From: a virus
IMG/VR virus record: IMGVR_UViG_3300009502_000034
Location: 14,566-78,565 of that record
DNA: 64,000 nucleotides
Direction: 5' to 3' (one strand)
Both the position numbers and the translations under genes were made by a program. Below the pieces are notes generated by a model. It ran no database searches. It was not told where the DNA came from and saw only the letters and a program-made list of their open reading frames with translations. Positions 35,701-45,433 of this stretch are shown piece after piece (position 1 is the stretch's first letter; each line of letters starts with the position of its first letter).

Positions 35701-35763
35701 GAAGATGCTGCAGGGTATATCATGAAACAAGCAGGACTTATAAATGTTGGAGGAAAACAGTGA
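32701..35763 (+). CDS. ATP-dependent DNA ligase fused to LigD-like primase-polymerase (AEP) domain, intein-containing
   Basis: motif I KIDG, GEM, FDV, YEGLVV, KVKP, KIGSGFS, RYP..IQFRPDK; C-terminal HPD...LTERDVWQYY, YVDVDP, FNGLTGFHVY, PYSL. Confidence 0.85.
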   Translation: MVNNALEIAAFRKDIIKLNPISQMLTEYKDNLDMKLYTFDELKTFIGNQKATVSIKIDGEICLSGDTSVKLLDGTHKTVKQLYDLGAKDFYVYSIDQQQAVVPGRCSSVVLTGKNKKVLKITLDNGEFFKCTENHKIMLRNGEYIEAKALVAGASLMPLYTRISIREDHKGIVGYEMCYNLTTDKWEWTHKMVAQSIYEGTFKNKAIHHKNFNKLNNVPDNLLITDWDEHVKLHKELAYKGMMAYRNDPVTGPLWRERQKRSHLAISDSKSKNIKIALSDLSVRKSLSEANIKAWKDPVVRAKRSIGISKGNTGKVRTQEFKDLQSIIQTKLQNTSESKKRNSEKANAFWASNSGVKRKARMIVNGAEIMASRWKDENMVNKMKLGMVNAWAHKTAEEKSLNAKRGWETRRVKKVAVNHKVVSIEECGYEDVYDLSMVEPVHNFALSCGIFVHNCGVKYDGQRAITYTRGGMIRYDMPLTKEMEEMFAHNGISEFTGIGEMFVVKEDGMPLSYLKAQSILRLPKNLEEESRMKMMMFDVYSINNNVIINNPLSERIQKIHTIFSKDGKYVIPAHYEENAGMAEIDNLWKKVLAPEEYGYEGLVVHINDKIIKVKPILSFDMVIVAINRSRTDPGMISAVVASFMDKAGHFRFHGKIGSGFSDHDRQLLFRWAEQNKVFEDDTGQIWVNPFKHPLIAEIQGEEVSIKDGPAYKFENNNWIRIEDKLTGVVRYPVIIQFRPDKRTTPSDLRLAQIPGFPEIKAYLQRAGGEPIHPDAMVIPPSPYNNEGLTERDVWQYYNDNKEAIIHNYKENEQAVPLKAMIGIMTNEGLLYRRKDENDKELDFTNPSEYDLNNTGRTVTMNFVLGDEVDFIYVDVDPQQEFPLEDTKRITEELAEYFQESDTIKEVQIFFNGLTGFHVYGVLKQATPIDEASEMLKGIIREYVDSTPDERISVGQEKQPGTIKLDISTFHKGGGLKIPYSLHEITGLVCKRVEDIKSFKYEDAAGYIMKQAGLINVGGKQ
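32884..34062 (+). mobile_element. intein with HNH endonuclease in DNA ligase (393 aa)
   Basis: CLSGDT start just after KIDGEI; CTENHK block B; THKMVA...IHHKNFNKLNN HNH; VYDL...HNFAL..IFVHN followed by Cys +1. Confidence 0.92.
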
Positions 35764-36992
35764 ACAATAATATCGGTATGCCAAGAATAGCAGTCAAAAC
35801 TAAACAGGAAATTATAGACGCTATTAATAAGAGGAAACAAGGTCTTCAGAGTAATGAGACAAAACAATCAGATGCCGAATTAGCAAAAGCTAAGCGTGCT
35901 CTAACGCTGGAAAAAGCGGACAAGTTTACAGATGCAGAATGGGCTAAAGCAAAGGTAAAACTCACAGCGCTTATAGATGGATTGTCTAAAATCTTGGGGC
36001 AGGACATATCCAATTTTCATGATGAGAGCACAAAATCTAAATACCCGCTCTCCACGTTTGTTAGAAAGTTAAGCAAAGAAGATCTTGAACATCTTGCTAA
36101 TAGGAAGGTTTTGTTTGAGTACGGTCATAAAACCTCTAAGCTGAAACAACTTAAGAGTAAAGATGGTAGGCCAATGCTTGTTAAACAAACAGGTCCGGCG
36201 AAGCCAACAATCATGCCAAATAACGATGGTAAGCCATCTCAATGGCTTGGAAATAATGTGTTGGATATATCTAACATTATTGGCAATAATGTTCAGGGCG
36301 TTTTATTTCAAGACAGATCTCCTGACCACACAGGGTTTTATTTTGCGTACGATAAAGACGGCGGAATTATAGCCCATAAAGATAAATTAAAACAAATACC
36401 CAACGAGTACATAACAGACGAGCAGGTACAAAAACTTCTAGAAATAAGGCATCCAGAGTGGCTACAGGAAGAAGCTTTTGTTAGGAATATACAAGACCTT
36501 TTGCCACAGTGGTTTCATGATGTTCTTGACGGCGAAGATGTAAGGACTTTTGGCCCAAGCAATAATGTCGGATCAGGAACCACCCCGGCGACAGATAAGC
36601 TTTTTGGCGGAAACGCAGAGGTGGCAGAATCTAGAAGGAGATACAATAAAGATGCCTTTATATCTCACGAGCAATATCACAGGGAGTTGGCCGGGGTGGT
36701 GCAAAAGGCCGATAAGTTGCTAGCAGACGATTCCATGTATGCTAAATATCCAAAGATAGCTGAAGAGACTGTTAAGGAAATAGACCTTTTGGCCAGGATG
36801 ATAGGATTTGTAATTTCTTGTGCCCAGATTAATGGAAAGTCAATATCGGCTGGATATAAGCCTGTTTATGATGAATGTATAAAGCAGAAAAATCGTTTTG
36901 CTGATTTACTTAAGACTCAACCATGGAAAGCAAAAGAGCGTGGTACATCAGCAGTGGATCCAGAAAATCGCCATAGGGGTGGAAATGTCTAA
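35760..36992 (+). CDS. hypothetical protein, possible internal head protein
   Basis: GGAGG RBS, GTGA overlap. Confidence 0.5.
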   Translation: MNNNIGMPRIAVKTKQEIIDAINKRKQGLQSNETKQSDAELAKAKRALTLEKADKFTDAEWAKAKVKLTALIDGLSKILGQDISNFHDESTKSKYPLSTFVRKLSKEDLEHLANRKVLFEYGHKTSKLKQLKSKDGRPMLVKQTGPAKPTIMPNNDGKPSQWLGNNVLDISNIIGNNVQGVLFQDRSPDHTGFYFAYDKDGGIIAHKDKLKQIPNEYITDEQVQKLLEIRHPEWLQEEAFVRNIQDLLPQWFHDVLDGEDVRTFGPSNNVGSGTTPATDKLFGGNAEVAESRRRYNKDAFISHEQYHRELAGVVQKADKLLADDSMYAKYPKIAEETVKEIDLLARMIGFVISCAQINGKSISAGYKPVYDECIKQKNRFADLLKTQPWKAKERGTSAVDPENRHRGGNV

Positions 36993-39900
36993 CTTAGAAA
37001 TACTTAGAGAGAAGGTTAAAGATGCTTTGTCATTGTCTGGAGTGAATGCTCAAGACGGCGTTGAAAATCTTATTAAGAGTATTCATATCGACATAACCAA
37101 GTCAACAGATCAGGTGGAAAGAGCAGAGTTATTCTCTTTGATTAATATTTTAAATATGTTCCAGCAGGAGCATGATGTTGAATCTGACGTATTTTATTTG
37201 GCCGTCGATGGGGATGATACATCAGAATTAATAGGCGAGGCGTTAAAGAATGGCGACGCTGCGGCTAAGCATGTTTCTGATTCATTAAAAAGCGTAGGCG
37301 AAGAAATATTATCTTTTATATCAGAAATTAAGGGTGACGTATTAATGTCCGGTGGCGATGGTCATTTATTGACTATTACAGGTGATTCGGAAGAGTTTAT
37401 GGGCCATATGGGGCAGTGTTTAATTAACATTTACCTAAATTATACTGGCAAAAGCGCAACAGTCGGGATAGGTAAGACGGCTGAAGAGGCTCATAAAGCT
37501 TTAACGTTAGGTAAAAACAGTGGTAAAAACAAAACAGTGATTTGGAACGATAAATATGCTCCGTACTACGAGGAAGTTTCCAGGTATCTCGACAACGTTA
37601 AAAAGAACAAAATTCAGATAGCCATAAAAAGCGAGGAAAAATCAGCGTATTTAGGGGTCATTTCTCACTTATTTTCTGTTGTTGCGGCAACAAAGGATGC
37701 CAAGAAAACCAAGAAAACACAAACACATGGTACTACTGAGAAAAGCCGAAAAAGAGAACAGCAAAAATCTGATACTGCGAAACATAAGGCGAAAAATAAG
37801 GCTAAAACACAGCCAAATGAACAACAGCCAGATGAACAACAGCCAAATGCGCAACAAGGTGATAATTCTGCCGTTCAGCGCACGATAGATCAAGCAGCGT
37901 TTAATAATGCCAGCACAGTTAGAGAACTTGGGCAGCTGGCTAGAACTGCACAAAACAATCAGCTATATGTGTTTGCGCATAATAGTGATATCATTGATAT
38001 GAATTATGGAACCAGCGGTTATCAACTATGGCAACTTAAAAACATAGGAAACCGTGGTGGTAAAACCTCATATACATTCAACAAGCATCCCAATGGCAAA
38101 ACCTCTATAGTTATTGAGATGGCAATGATGCAAAAATGCATTGGTGCTGGATATCTTAAATATATTGTGTCTAAGGATATTCCTGTTGCTGAGACAGTAA
38201 ATTATATGGATGGCTTAGATATTAAAGTCGGGAGCCATGTTAAATATATTGAATTATTTGATTCTGCCGTTAACGCAGACCCTGCAGCTAAAGTGGCACA
38301 ACCGGTACAAGGTGAACAAGGTGCTGAGGCGACTCAGGCGGCGGAAGCGGTACAAGGGTCAGGCACAGAACAGGCATCAGATGGGCCAGCTCAAGCTCCA
38401 GCTCCAGCCCCAGAACAGGCTCAAGATAATCAAAACCAAGCCGTTTCTCCGGCCGATAAACCAGCGTTAGATTTATCTAAAATGAGCAAACACCCAACAA
38501 ATATGGGTGGTGTTGTTCAAGATATTAAAGAAAATGTCAGTATGATAATTCTTGGTGGCAAACCAGCAACGCTATATTTGGTGGAATGGCACGCCCCCGT
38601 GACAGATAAATCCTTAATTTCTGTTCCATATAATAGGACCAATCAACCAAATGCGTCTGATTCAGCTCTGTTGACGGACGCTAAGTCCAGGGAATCTCAG
38701 GAAATATTGTGGCACGTTAAGGAGCAATTAGAAAAGATTGGTGATCAATCTAAGCTTGATGAGGAAGTTAATTATGCTCATTATAATGTAGCAAAGCCCA
38801 ATCCTGATGAGGATTATCACTATTTAAGGGATTTTCATAATAAGGGAGCGTCTTTATCAATAACCGCTAGCCCAACAACTGAAGAAAGGGTTGAAGAAAA
38901 CGCTCCAATCATTGCAGCAATCTTTGATTACCAGCTTAATAGTAAATCAATAAGCTCGTCAGTCATTAATCAAGCTAGTGAGTTGTTTGTAAGATCCGTG
39001 CTTTCTAAAACATACCCTCATGAAACTGCACTTTCTATGTTTCTGTCAACTCTTGATAAGGGGAATACTACACTTAACACAAACATTGGTGATATACAGC
39101 CAAAAGATATGGAGGAACAACCACCGGTTCAATTAGGGGATACCGAGTGGGAAAGCGTTATCAATAAAGACGGGACAGTAGATAAGCAGTCGACGCTTAA
39201 GGATTATTTTTATGTTATGTTCTACAGCAAAATTTTACCCAATTTTGGAAACAAAATTAAAAAAGAAGATAAGAAAATGATTCTTGGTGTTTTACAGGAA
39301 TACATGCGTACCAAGAAATCTGAAGTTTTGGCCCAAATTAAACCATTTTATGATCAGTTTTATATAGCTCAATATATGGTTAATGCTTGGGAAAACGCTG
39401 TAATAAATAAGGTAAAGAAATTATCGCCAAAAGAAGAAACACTTGGTGTTATAAACCATACATCGATAAATCCTGGAGAAAGAGACCCGGATTCGGCTAG
39501 CACCTCATTTAAGGTATTTGAGGGAGATCTCGAGGTTCCAGAGGGGCAAGAAACAATAGACATTGCTGAGCAGCAAGAATTTAATAAGAATAATGAATTC
39601 GCAATAGATTTCGTTCTTGATGGTATTGAAGGTGTCGTTAAAGGGCTGTCTGATGAAGATATCAGAAAATATAAAATATTCAAGTATTGGGTGAGCAATA
39701 TCGAAACAGGGCAAAGAGAACCAGGTATATCCTTTTCTGAATTGGCTGAAAAGTCTCAAGAGCTTTGTGGCCAATTTTTTAACGAGAGAATACTGTCAAC
39801 ATATATCAAGAGCACGGCTATAGCAATAGTTGGCAAAATATTAGAGCGCATCAGCGTAAACAATAGACTTCCATATCAATTAGTCGTTAACTTAGAATAT

Positions 39901-40305
39901 GATAAAAACGGTAAGCCGGTTCGTGGACAAGATGATTTGCGTGCTGCACCAATTTCGCTTATCAAGTTAATATTTGGGGCCATGAGAAGTTATTATTCCG
40001 GAACGTTTGCCAAGCATTCTTCTTTGAAATTTATCGAGAATGTGTTCAAATACGATCTGGACACTCCGCAGTTAATGTCGGACATAAATACTATTAGAGA
40101 ATTAGGCCCACTATTCAGAAGGAATGCGGCCTTTTACGAATTAGCGTCAAGATACAACGTAGATTTAAATGATGTCGAATATGACGCATTCACGATAATG
40201 GAGATGGAAGCGCAGTTAGAGAGGGTTGGTAAGAACGTTGAAGATCTCGACTTAGATGAAGTGTTTGATGTAGCCAAATCAATATCAACCAATAGGAGGT
40301 TGTGA
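36985..40305 (+). CDS. large multidomain protein with N-terminal mCpol/GGDEF-like nucleotidyltransferase domain
   Basis: in-frame ATG 36985; YLAVDGDD...MSGGDG...ATVGIG...AHKALTLGKNSGKNK pattern; Q/A/P-rich linkers. Confidence 0.6.
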   Translation: MSNLEILREKVKDALSLSGVNAQDGVENLIKSIHIDITKSTDQVERAELFSLINILNMFQQEHDVESDVFYLAVDGDDTSELIGEALKNGDAAAKHVSDSLKSVGEEILSFISEIKGDVLMSGGDGHLLTITGDSEEFMGHMGQCLINIYLNYTGKSATVGIGKTAEEAHKALTLGKNSGKNKTVIWNDKYAPYYEEVSRYLDNVKKNKIQIAIKSEEKSAYLGVISHLFSVVAATKDAKKTKKTQTHGTTEKSRKREQQKSDTAKHKAKNKAKTQPNEQQPDEQQPNAQQGDNSAVQRTIDQAAFNNASTVRELGQLARTAQNNQLYVFAHNSDIIDMNYGTSGYQLWQLKNIGNRGGKTSYTFNKHPNGKTSIVIEMAMMQKCIGAGYLKYIVSKDIPVAETVNYMDGLDIKVGSHVKYIELFDSAVNADPAAKVAQPVQGEQGAEATQAAEAVQGSGTEQASDGPAQAPAPAPEQAQDNQNQAVSPADKPALDLSKMSKHPTNMGGVVQDIKENVSMIILGGKPATLYLVEWHAPVTDKSLISVPYNRTNQPNASDSALLTDAKSRESQEILWHVKEQLEKIGDQSKLDEEVNYAHYNVAKPNPDEDYHYLRDFHNKGASLSITASPTTEERVEENAPIIAAIFDYQLNSKSISSSVINQASELFVRSVLSKTYPHETALSMFLSTLDKGNTTLNTNIGDIQPKDMEEQPPVQLGDTEWESVINKDGTVDKQSTLKDYFYVMFYSKILPNFGNKIKKEDKKMILGVLQEYMRTKKSEVLAQIKPFYDQFYIAQYMVNAWENAVINKVKKLSPKEETLGVINHTSINPGERDPDSASTSFKVFEGDLEVPEGQETIDIAEQQEFNKNNEFAIDFVLDGIEGVVKGLSDEDIRKYKIFKYWVSNIETGQREPGISFSELAEKSQELCGQFFNERILSTYIKSTAIAIVGKILERISVNNRLPYQLVVNLEYDKNGKPVRGQDDLRAAPISLIKLIFGAMRSYYSGTFAKHSSLKFIENVFKYDLDTPQLMSDINTIRELGPLFRRNAAFYELASRYNVDLNDVEYDAFTIMEMEAQLERVGKNVEDLDLDEVFDVAKSISTNRRL

Positions 40306-40306
40306 T

Positions 40307-40843
40307 ATGTCTAATGAAAATGGTTCAACACAGAAGCCGGCGTTTAAGGTTGGCGACAGGATAGTCCTTGCATATTTAAAGGATATGGAACCTGGCGTAA
40401 TCAGAAAAATTGCCGGTGATCGAGCGCTAATAGATATCGGCGCAGATCAGCTATATGGTGAGGAACTTAGGAATCTTCTATCAGTAGAAGATAAGGCCGA
40501 GTTCTCTTCGCAAGAAGCGCCAAAGCCAGAACCATCGGTTTTCTCTAAAGTTGTTGAGAAAATAGATGAGGTACAAAAGGCCGAGGATATTGTTCACAAG
40601 GTCATATCTTCTATTAAATATGAAAACGAGGTTAAGGATGGTATAAATAACCTTGGGGCGCCAGAGCAGGCAAAGGCGTTTGAGGATCCCAAAATCGGAA
40701 ATAAGGTCCGCAAGGTTGGGACGCAAAGAATTGGGACCATAGTATCAGTTGACAGCCACACACATAATTATCGTGTGCAGTGGAAAGATACAAATATTGT
40801 GACCACAAATTGGAAACAAGAGTTAACGAGGGCTAGTGAATAA
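40307..40843 (+). CDS. hypothetical protein with two SH3/KOW-like modules
   Basis: FKVGDRIV and KIGNKVRK..GTIVSV...YRVQW. Confidence 0.45.
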   Translation: MSNENGSTQKPAFKVGDRIVLAYLKDMEPGVIRKIAGDRALIDIGADQLYGEELRNLLSVEDKAEFSSQEAPKPEPSVFSKVVEKIDEVQKAEDIVHKVISSIKYENEVKDGINNLGAPEQAKAFEDPKIGNKVRKVGTQRIGTIVSVDSHTHNYRVQWKDTNIVTTNWKQELTRASE

Positions 40844-41838
40844 TGTCTGATATCATTATTCCATCGTCATTGCCCGATAATGTTGTTACCGTTACGCAAG
40901 TGCAAGAGAAAAACGGTGTTTATAGGGTCACGTGGAATTTGGTGGCTGGGGTGTCCGTATATAAAATTTACATATCTCCTACCCCAATGACACCTAATTT
41001 ATACGACACGGTTACTAGCGGGAATTCCTACGATTTTGTACAACCTCCTTGGACCCCGCAAGATGTGACGTATTATTTTTGGGTGTCGTATATGGGATAT
41101 AATGGCGAAACATTTATGAATTCGTTTCCTGCATATGTTAATTTGGTAAATCCATTTAGTGCGGACTCGTTGCCATACTCACAAGACACTAAAGATTATA
41201 GTTTAATTTATGGTGGTGACAACGATGCCTCTATGAAGTTTTATTTTGAGGAAATAAGAAGAAGGAATGCGGCAATGTTAGAAAATGATGGAGAATATTT
41301 TTATCTCTATCTCCGTAAGTGGTCTGGAAAAGCCTGTACCTGCGTTAGATCATCAGACACTATAGTGGATGATTCTGATGCCGGTCTGGTACAAAGGAAA
41401 GAAGAAATAGATAACGCTAATTTAGGTGATCCAGACTATCAACCAGTATGGAGATGCCCTCTTTGTTTTGGTACTGGCGTTTATGGAGGCTACTATCCCA
41501 AAATGAGGATAAGAGCGAGATACGGAAATTTACCGCAAAGACAGATAGACTTTAAAAATGGCGGTATAGATTTTCGCCACGATTTTGACAGTTGGACATT
41601 GTGGCATCCAAAACTTCATAGGCTTGATGTATTACACAGGATAGGTACCGGAGACAGGTTTGTTGTTGACGATATAGGTCAATCTGAGTGGCGTGCCCAA
41701 CCGCTACATCAAGAATTTAAAATGATTAATAAACCGCATACCGATGTTGTATATGCAATTAACGATGAGGCAATTGCAGTAGGGGTGGCCGCTGGTTATG
41801 CTGATGTCGACAATAATTGGTACAAAGTGTGGTTATAA
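40843..41838 (+). CDS. neck / head-closure protein with N-terminal FN3-like domain
   Basis: ACTC...RCPLCFGTGVYGGYY motif; precedes the tail genes. Confidence 0.6.
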   Translation: MSDIIIPSSLPDNVVTVTQVQEKNGVYRVTWNLVAGVSVYKIYISPTPMTPNLYDTVTSGNSYDFVQPPWTPQDVTYYFWVSYMGYNGETFMNSFPAYVNLVNPFSADSLPYSQDTKDYSLIYGGDNDASMKFYFEEIRRRNAAMLENDGEYFYLYLRKWSGKACTCVRSSDTIVDDSDAGLVQRKEEIDNANLGDPDYQPVWRCPLCFGTGVYGGYYPKMRIRARYGNLPQRQIDFKNGGIDFRHDFDSWTLWHPKLHRLDVLHRIGTGDRFVVDDIGQSEWRAQPLHQEFKMINKPHTDVVYAINDEAIAVGVAAGYADVDNNWYKVWL

Positions 41839-41984
41839 TGGATAAACTGACAATCACAATAGAGTTTGCAAACTCGCAAGAACTGATGGAATTTGTTGAA
41901 CTTATAAAGGGTTGGGAAGAAAGCAAAGAAAAAGCCTTGATAAATAAGGATAAGCTTTTGCACGGCGACAATGATATTGAGTAA
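41838..41984 (+). CDS. 48 aa hypothetical protein (not in ORF track)
   Basis: TAATG coupling; MDKLTITIEFANSQELMEF... Confidence 0.4.
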   Translation: MDKLTITIEFANSQELMEFVELIKGWEESKEKALINKDKLLHGDNDIE

Positions 41985-41992
41985 AATTCACC

Positions 41993-42028
41993 AAAATAAG
42001 GTTATAAAATGCCTTATATTATGAGAGG
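41993..42028 (+). promoter_or_regulatory. repeated intergenic motif, putative late promoter (copy 3)
   Basis: AAAATAAGGTTATAAAATGCCTTATATTATGAGAGG at the start of the tail operon. Confidence 0.6.
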
Positions 42029-42036
42029 ATAACGAC

Positions 42037-42627
42037 GTGATTATCAAGCAAATAAATTGGCTTAAAACTAGTTATGTTGCCATACTCAGGTTTGCATTTG
42101 GCAGCGACACAACTCCAGTAGAATATAAATATAATAGAGATGTGAAATTAAACAAGATCTCTATATATCGTGGCTTTCCTCGCAGAGTAGAATTATACCC
42201 GGCTATTATTATAGAATCTGACGCCTCTAATGCTAATATGACTTTTTTGGGCGAAGAGCAACTACAAGAAAACAGAGATGTATCTGGAAATTTAATATCT
42301 GTTACGTATGGTGGGTCTCTCACAGTACCGATAAAGTTAACAATTCAGGCTCGTACTATCACGGACATGGAAAGATTAACAGATATTTGTATGGTTTACG
42401 TGAGGTATCTATTCAGGAATAAATTTGCGGAGTATGGGTTTGCATACACGCATATTGGCATCGGAGCTGATTCACAGGATGAAATAGACGGTGAGCCAAT
42501 ATTTAGTAAAACAATAACAGTGGACAACTACACAGAGTTTCAAAACACTATAGATGGTGCATTGTTCACCGATATAAAAAAGATTAATCTCAACGTATTA
42601 GTAGAGGGTATAGAACTAGAGTCTTAA
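42037..42627 (+). CDS. putative tail completion / terminator protein
   Basis: YPAIII motif, size, and position before sheath. Confidence 0.55.
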   Translation: MIIKQINWLKTSYVAILRFAFGSDTTPVEYKYNRDVKLNKISIYRGFPRRVELYPAIIIESDASNANMTFLGEEQLQENRDVSGNLISVTYGGSLTVPIKLTIQARTITDMERLTDICMVYVRYLFRNKFAEYGFAYTHIGIGADSQDEIDGEPIFSKTITVDNYTEFQNTIDGALFTDIKKINLNVLVEGIELES

Positions 42628-42641
42628 TAAGGAGGAACACC

Positions 42642-42992
42642 ATGTATTCAGTCGCTATCACGGGCGGTTTATCAATAACAGATTCTAACGTTATGACGCT
42701 TAATAAAACTTACAGTGCCTCAAACACTACAACGGTTTCAGAGTTTAGATACAATACTTATACTGTTGCTGCGTCTACCACGAATAATGTAATATCATTC
42801 CCAAACATTACCGCCTCTCAATATATTTATATCGAGTCAGATAAACCAATAGACGTAAAATTTAACGATACCGCCAACACTGCTATCACCATTAATAAGT
42901 TTTTGTTAACAGATGTTGCTGCTACAGCAATATACATTACTAATAATAATGCACTTTCAGCCACAGTGAAAGTTGTAATAGCTGGAGCGTAA
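42642..42992 (+). CDS. putative virion protein
   Basis: AAGGAGG RBS; T/N/I-rich. Confidence 0.45.
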   Translation: MYSVAITGGLSITDSNVMTLNKTYSASNTTTVSEFRYNTYTVAASTTNNVISFPNITASQYIYIESDKPIDVKFNDTANTAITINKFLLTDVAATAIYITNNNALSATVKVVIAGA

Positions 42993-43002
42993 CGGAGGTA
43001 AA

Positions 43003-43221
43003 ATGATTCTCAGGGTTACAAATATAGCAAACGGCACTCTGACCATCAATATGTATAATAGGGTTCTCAATTATGGAGAACACATGGATATAGTTGTTGA
43101 TGTGTATCCTTATGAAGTACGTGATTTGGAAAGCAAAGGGATGATACGAGTTAATACCATAACAAAGCCAGAAGTTAAACCAGATAGCAAACCAAGCAAA
43201 AATAAATTTAAGGAGGAATAA
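43003..43221 (+). CDS. small pre-sheath protein
   Basis: GGAGG RBS; typical position just before sheath. Confidence 0.45.
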   Translation: MILRVTNIANGTLTINMYNRVLNYGEHMDIVVDVYPYEVRDLESKGMIRVNTITKPEVKPDSKPSKNKFKEE

Positions 43222-43223
43222 AT

Positions 43224-44837
43224 ATGTCAGACATTTCTAATAGCTACGTTGGCCCAGGGGTATATGTAGAATATCAGGACGTTTCTATCCCCGCAGCCCC
43301 AAACGGGACGCTGTTCCCGGTGATTATAGGACTTGGCCAAAAAACCATAACCTACACAGAAACAGTGACCAGGGGCGCCACTACAACCAGCCCTCTTTAT
43401 GATGTGTTATCTAAGCCAAGCCTATTGTCTGTACAGAGTGTGGCGTCAAGAGGCACGGTGTATGCGGCCACTACAAATTACACAGTAGATGTTACAAACA
43501 ATGCTATACTGTGGGTCTCAGGTTCAGCTCCAGCCGCAGGGACAGATTATAGTGTCACTTACACATACAGAAAGGGTACGGCAGACTATGGTCCGTTTAC
43601 CACTACTCGCATGGAAGATATAGAAGCACTTTATGGACAAGCAGTGTTCTCTAGCAATCTATTAACCAGCACGGTATCAGCTGCTACCACAACGTCAATA
43701 TCTTCTCTTATACCAGCGACCGTGTCAGCAAATCAATATGCCGGAAACTATCTTCAGATTAAATCCGGAACGGGTGTCGGGCAAGAAAGACTAATTATCT
43801 CACACGCCGCAACTACTGTGACCTCCAACCCTGTTGTGTTTGTCGTTGAATCATTAATAGCAACCCCAACCAGCGGCGACGTCATAGCGGTAAATGATAT
43901 ATCAACCAATACCCTTTCTATAGGCGCTAAACTGGCCATTCAGTCTGGTGCGGGTTATGTGACTGTTGTGCAGGCAACAGACGACATCACTGGTTCAGAT
44001 TCTCAGGGGACAGGGTGGGAAGGCGCAATATACTCACTTAGAAATATTGAGTGTTATGCCATTACACTTATGAAAGGCATGACCGGCGATTCAAATTCGG
44101 CGCTCATTAATTATCTCAAAAATCACGTGCTTTCTATGTCTTCTCTACTTGAGAAGAAGTTTAGGATAGCGCTGATAGGGGCTCCCGTAAACACTGTTAT
44201 ACCGGCCACATACTCAGCAACAGCAGCTCTTCTTAACAGCAATAGGATAGCTTTAATGTGCCCATCAACCATGACACTTACCTTGAACAACGTGTCTAAG
44301 ACTGTTGATGGCAGCTTCCTTGCGGCTTGCGTGGCAGGCATAGTTTGTAACCCCAATTATACTTGGGCTGAGCCAATTTCTGGAAAGTCAATAACGCCTT
44401 TTGATGATATTGCAAACCCATTTATTGTGGCAGAACAAAACACCATTGGCGGTTCTGGCGTTATGCTGATAGAGAAAAAGAATCCAGGAGATTTCAGGAT
44501 TCGTCACGCTCTTACCACAGATCCCAAAAACCCAATTACTCAGGAGCTTAAGGTTACCAAGATTCAGGACGCTCTGTCTAAGTATCTAATAGCCAGCCTA
44601 GAATCAACATTTATCAACACCAAGAATGTTGGGACAGACACCATATCCAATGTTAAGGCATTCCTTAAAACATTGCTTACCGGCGTCATGGCGCCACCTC
44701 GTCAGGATATTACAGGGTTCACTGACCCAAGCGTTGTTCCAAGCGCCCTTGACCCTAGACAAATTAATGTGTCATTTATGATTCAACCGTCTTGGGATGT
44801 TAACTGGATTAAGGTAACGTTCGGGGCTTCTATATAA
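43224..44837 (+). CDS. tail sheath protein
   Basis: N-terminal YVGPGVYVE; C-terminal IRHALTT...DPRQINVSFMIQPSWDVNWIKVTF. Confidence 0.9.
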   Translation: MSDISNSYVGPGVYVEYQDVSIPAAPNGTLFPVIIGLGQKTITYTETVTRGATTTSPLYDVLSKPSLLSVQSVASRGTVYAATTNYTVDVTNNAILWVSGSAPAAGTDYSVTYTYRKGTADYGPFTTTRMEDIEALYGQAVFSSNLLTSTVSAATTTSISSLIPATVSANQYAGNYLQIKSGTGVGQERLIISHAATTVTSNPVVFVVESLIATPTSGDVIAVNDISTNTLSIGAKLAIQSGAGYVTVVQATDDITGSDSQGTGWEGAIYSLRNIECYAITLMKGMTGDSNSALINYLKNHVLSMSSLLEKKFRIALIGAPVNTVIPATYSATAALLNSNRIALMCPSTMTLTLNNVSKTVDGSFLAACVAGIVCNPNYTWAEPISGKSITPFDDIANPFIVAEQNTIGGSGVMLIEKKNPGDFRIRHALTTDPKNPITQELKVTKIQDALSKYLIASLESTFINTKNVGTDTISNVKAFLKTLLTGVMAPPRQDITGFTDPSVVPSALDPRQINVSFMIQPSWDVNWIKVTFGASI

Positions 44838-44894
44838 ATTAATGTGTGATAGGGGCTCTAATAAGAGCCCCGCACCACTCAGGAGGAAACAAAT

Positions 44895-45431
44895 ATGGTA
44901 CTTCAAATTCCAGCAACAAAATTACGTTTACAGCCCTACATAAACTGTAAAGCTGCGGCTTACGATGGGGGTCAGGGCTTACCAGATTTTTCCAACCCCA
45001 ATTTTAAGATGAATAACGTATTTGCGGTGCAAAAGGTATCTTTGAAAAATGAGAGACCTGGGCACTTTTGGCGTGAACTCGGTATAGAAAGATACCGGGG
45101 TGCTGCACCAAGACCGATAGTTGAAACCTATCCTGGCCTTCCCACATATGAATTGACGTTAGAGCGTGTTGTTCTATATGAGGGAAACTTGATAGAGGCT
45201 CTTGGTTTTGGAGAAGGCGGGCATGATGTGTTTTACCAAGATAAGCCGCTCGTGATGGCGTTCGAACTTTATCAGCCGCCAACCACACCAACTGGGGCAT
45301 CAACTACAACTACGTTTATGTACCACGGTGTTTGGCTTAAATCCAACCCATGGGATTTTGATATTACACAAGACGATCTCAAGATGGTTCAGTCGATAGA
45401 TATGATAGCAGCTGGCGTAATACAGGCGTAA
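44895..45431 (+). CDS. tail tube protein
   Basis: follows sheath; ETYPG...LTLERVVLY...YHGVWL motif. Confidence 0.7.
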   Translation: MVLQIPATKLRLQPYINCKAAAYDGGQGLPDFSNPNFKMNNVFAVQKVSLKNERPGHFWRELGIERYRGAAPRPIVETYPGLPTYELTLERVVLYEGNLIEALGFGEGGHDVFYQDKPLVMAFELYQPPTTPTGASTTTTFMYHGVWLKSNPWDFDITQDDLKMVQSIDMIAAGVIQA

Positions 45432-45433
45432 CC

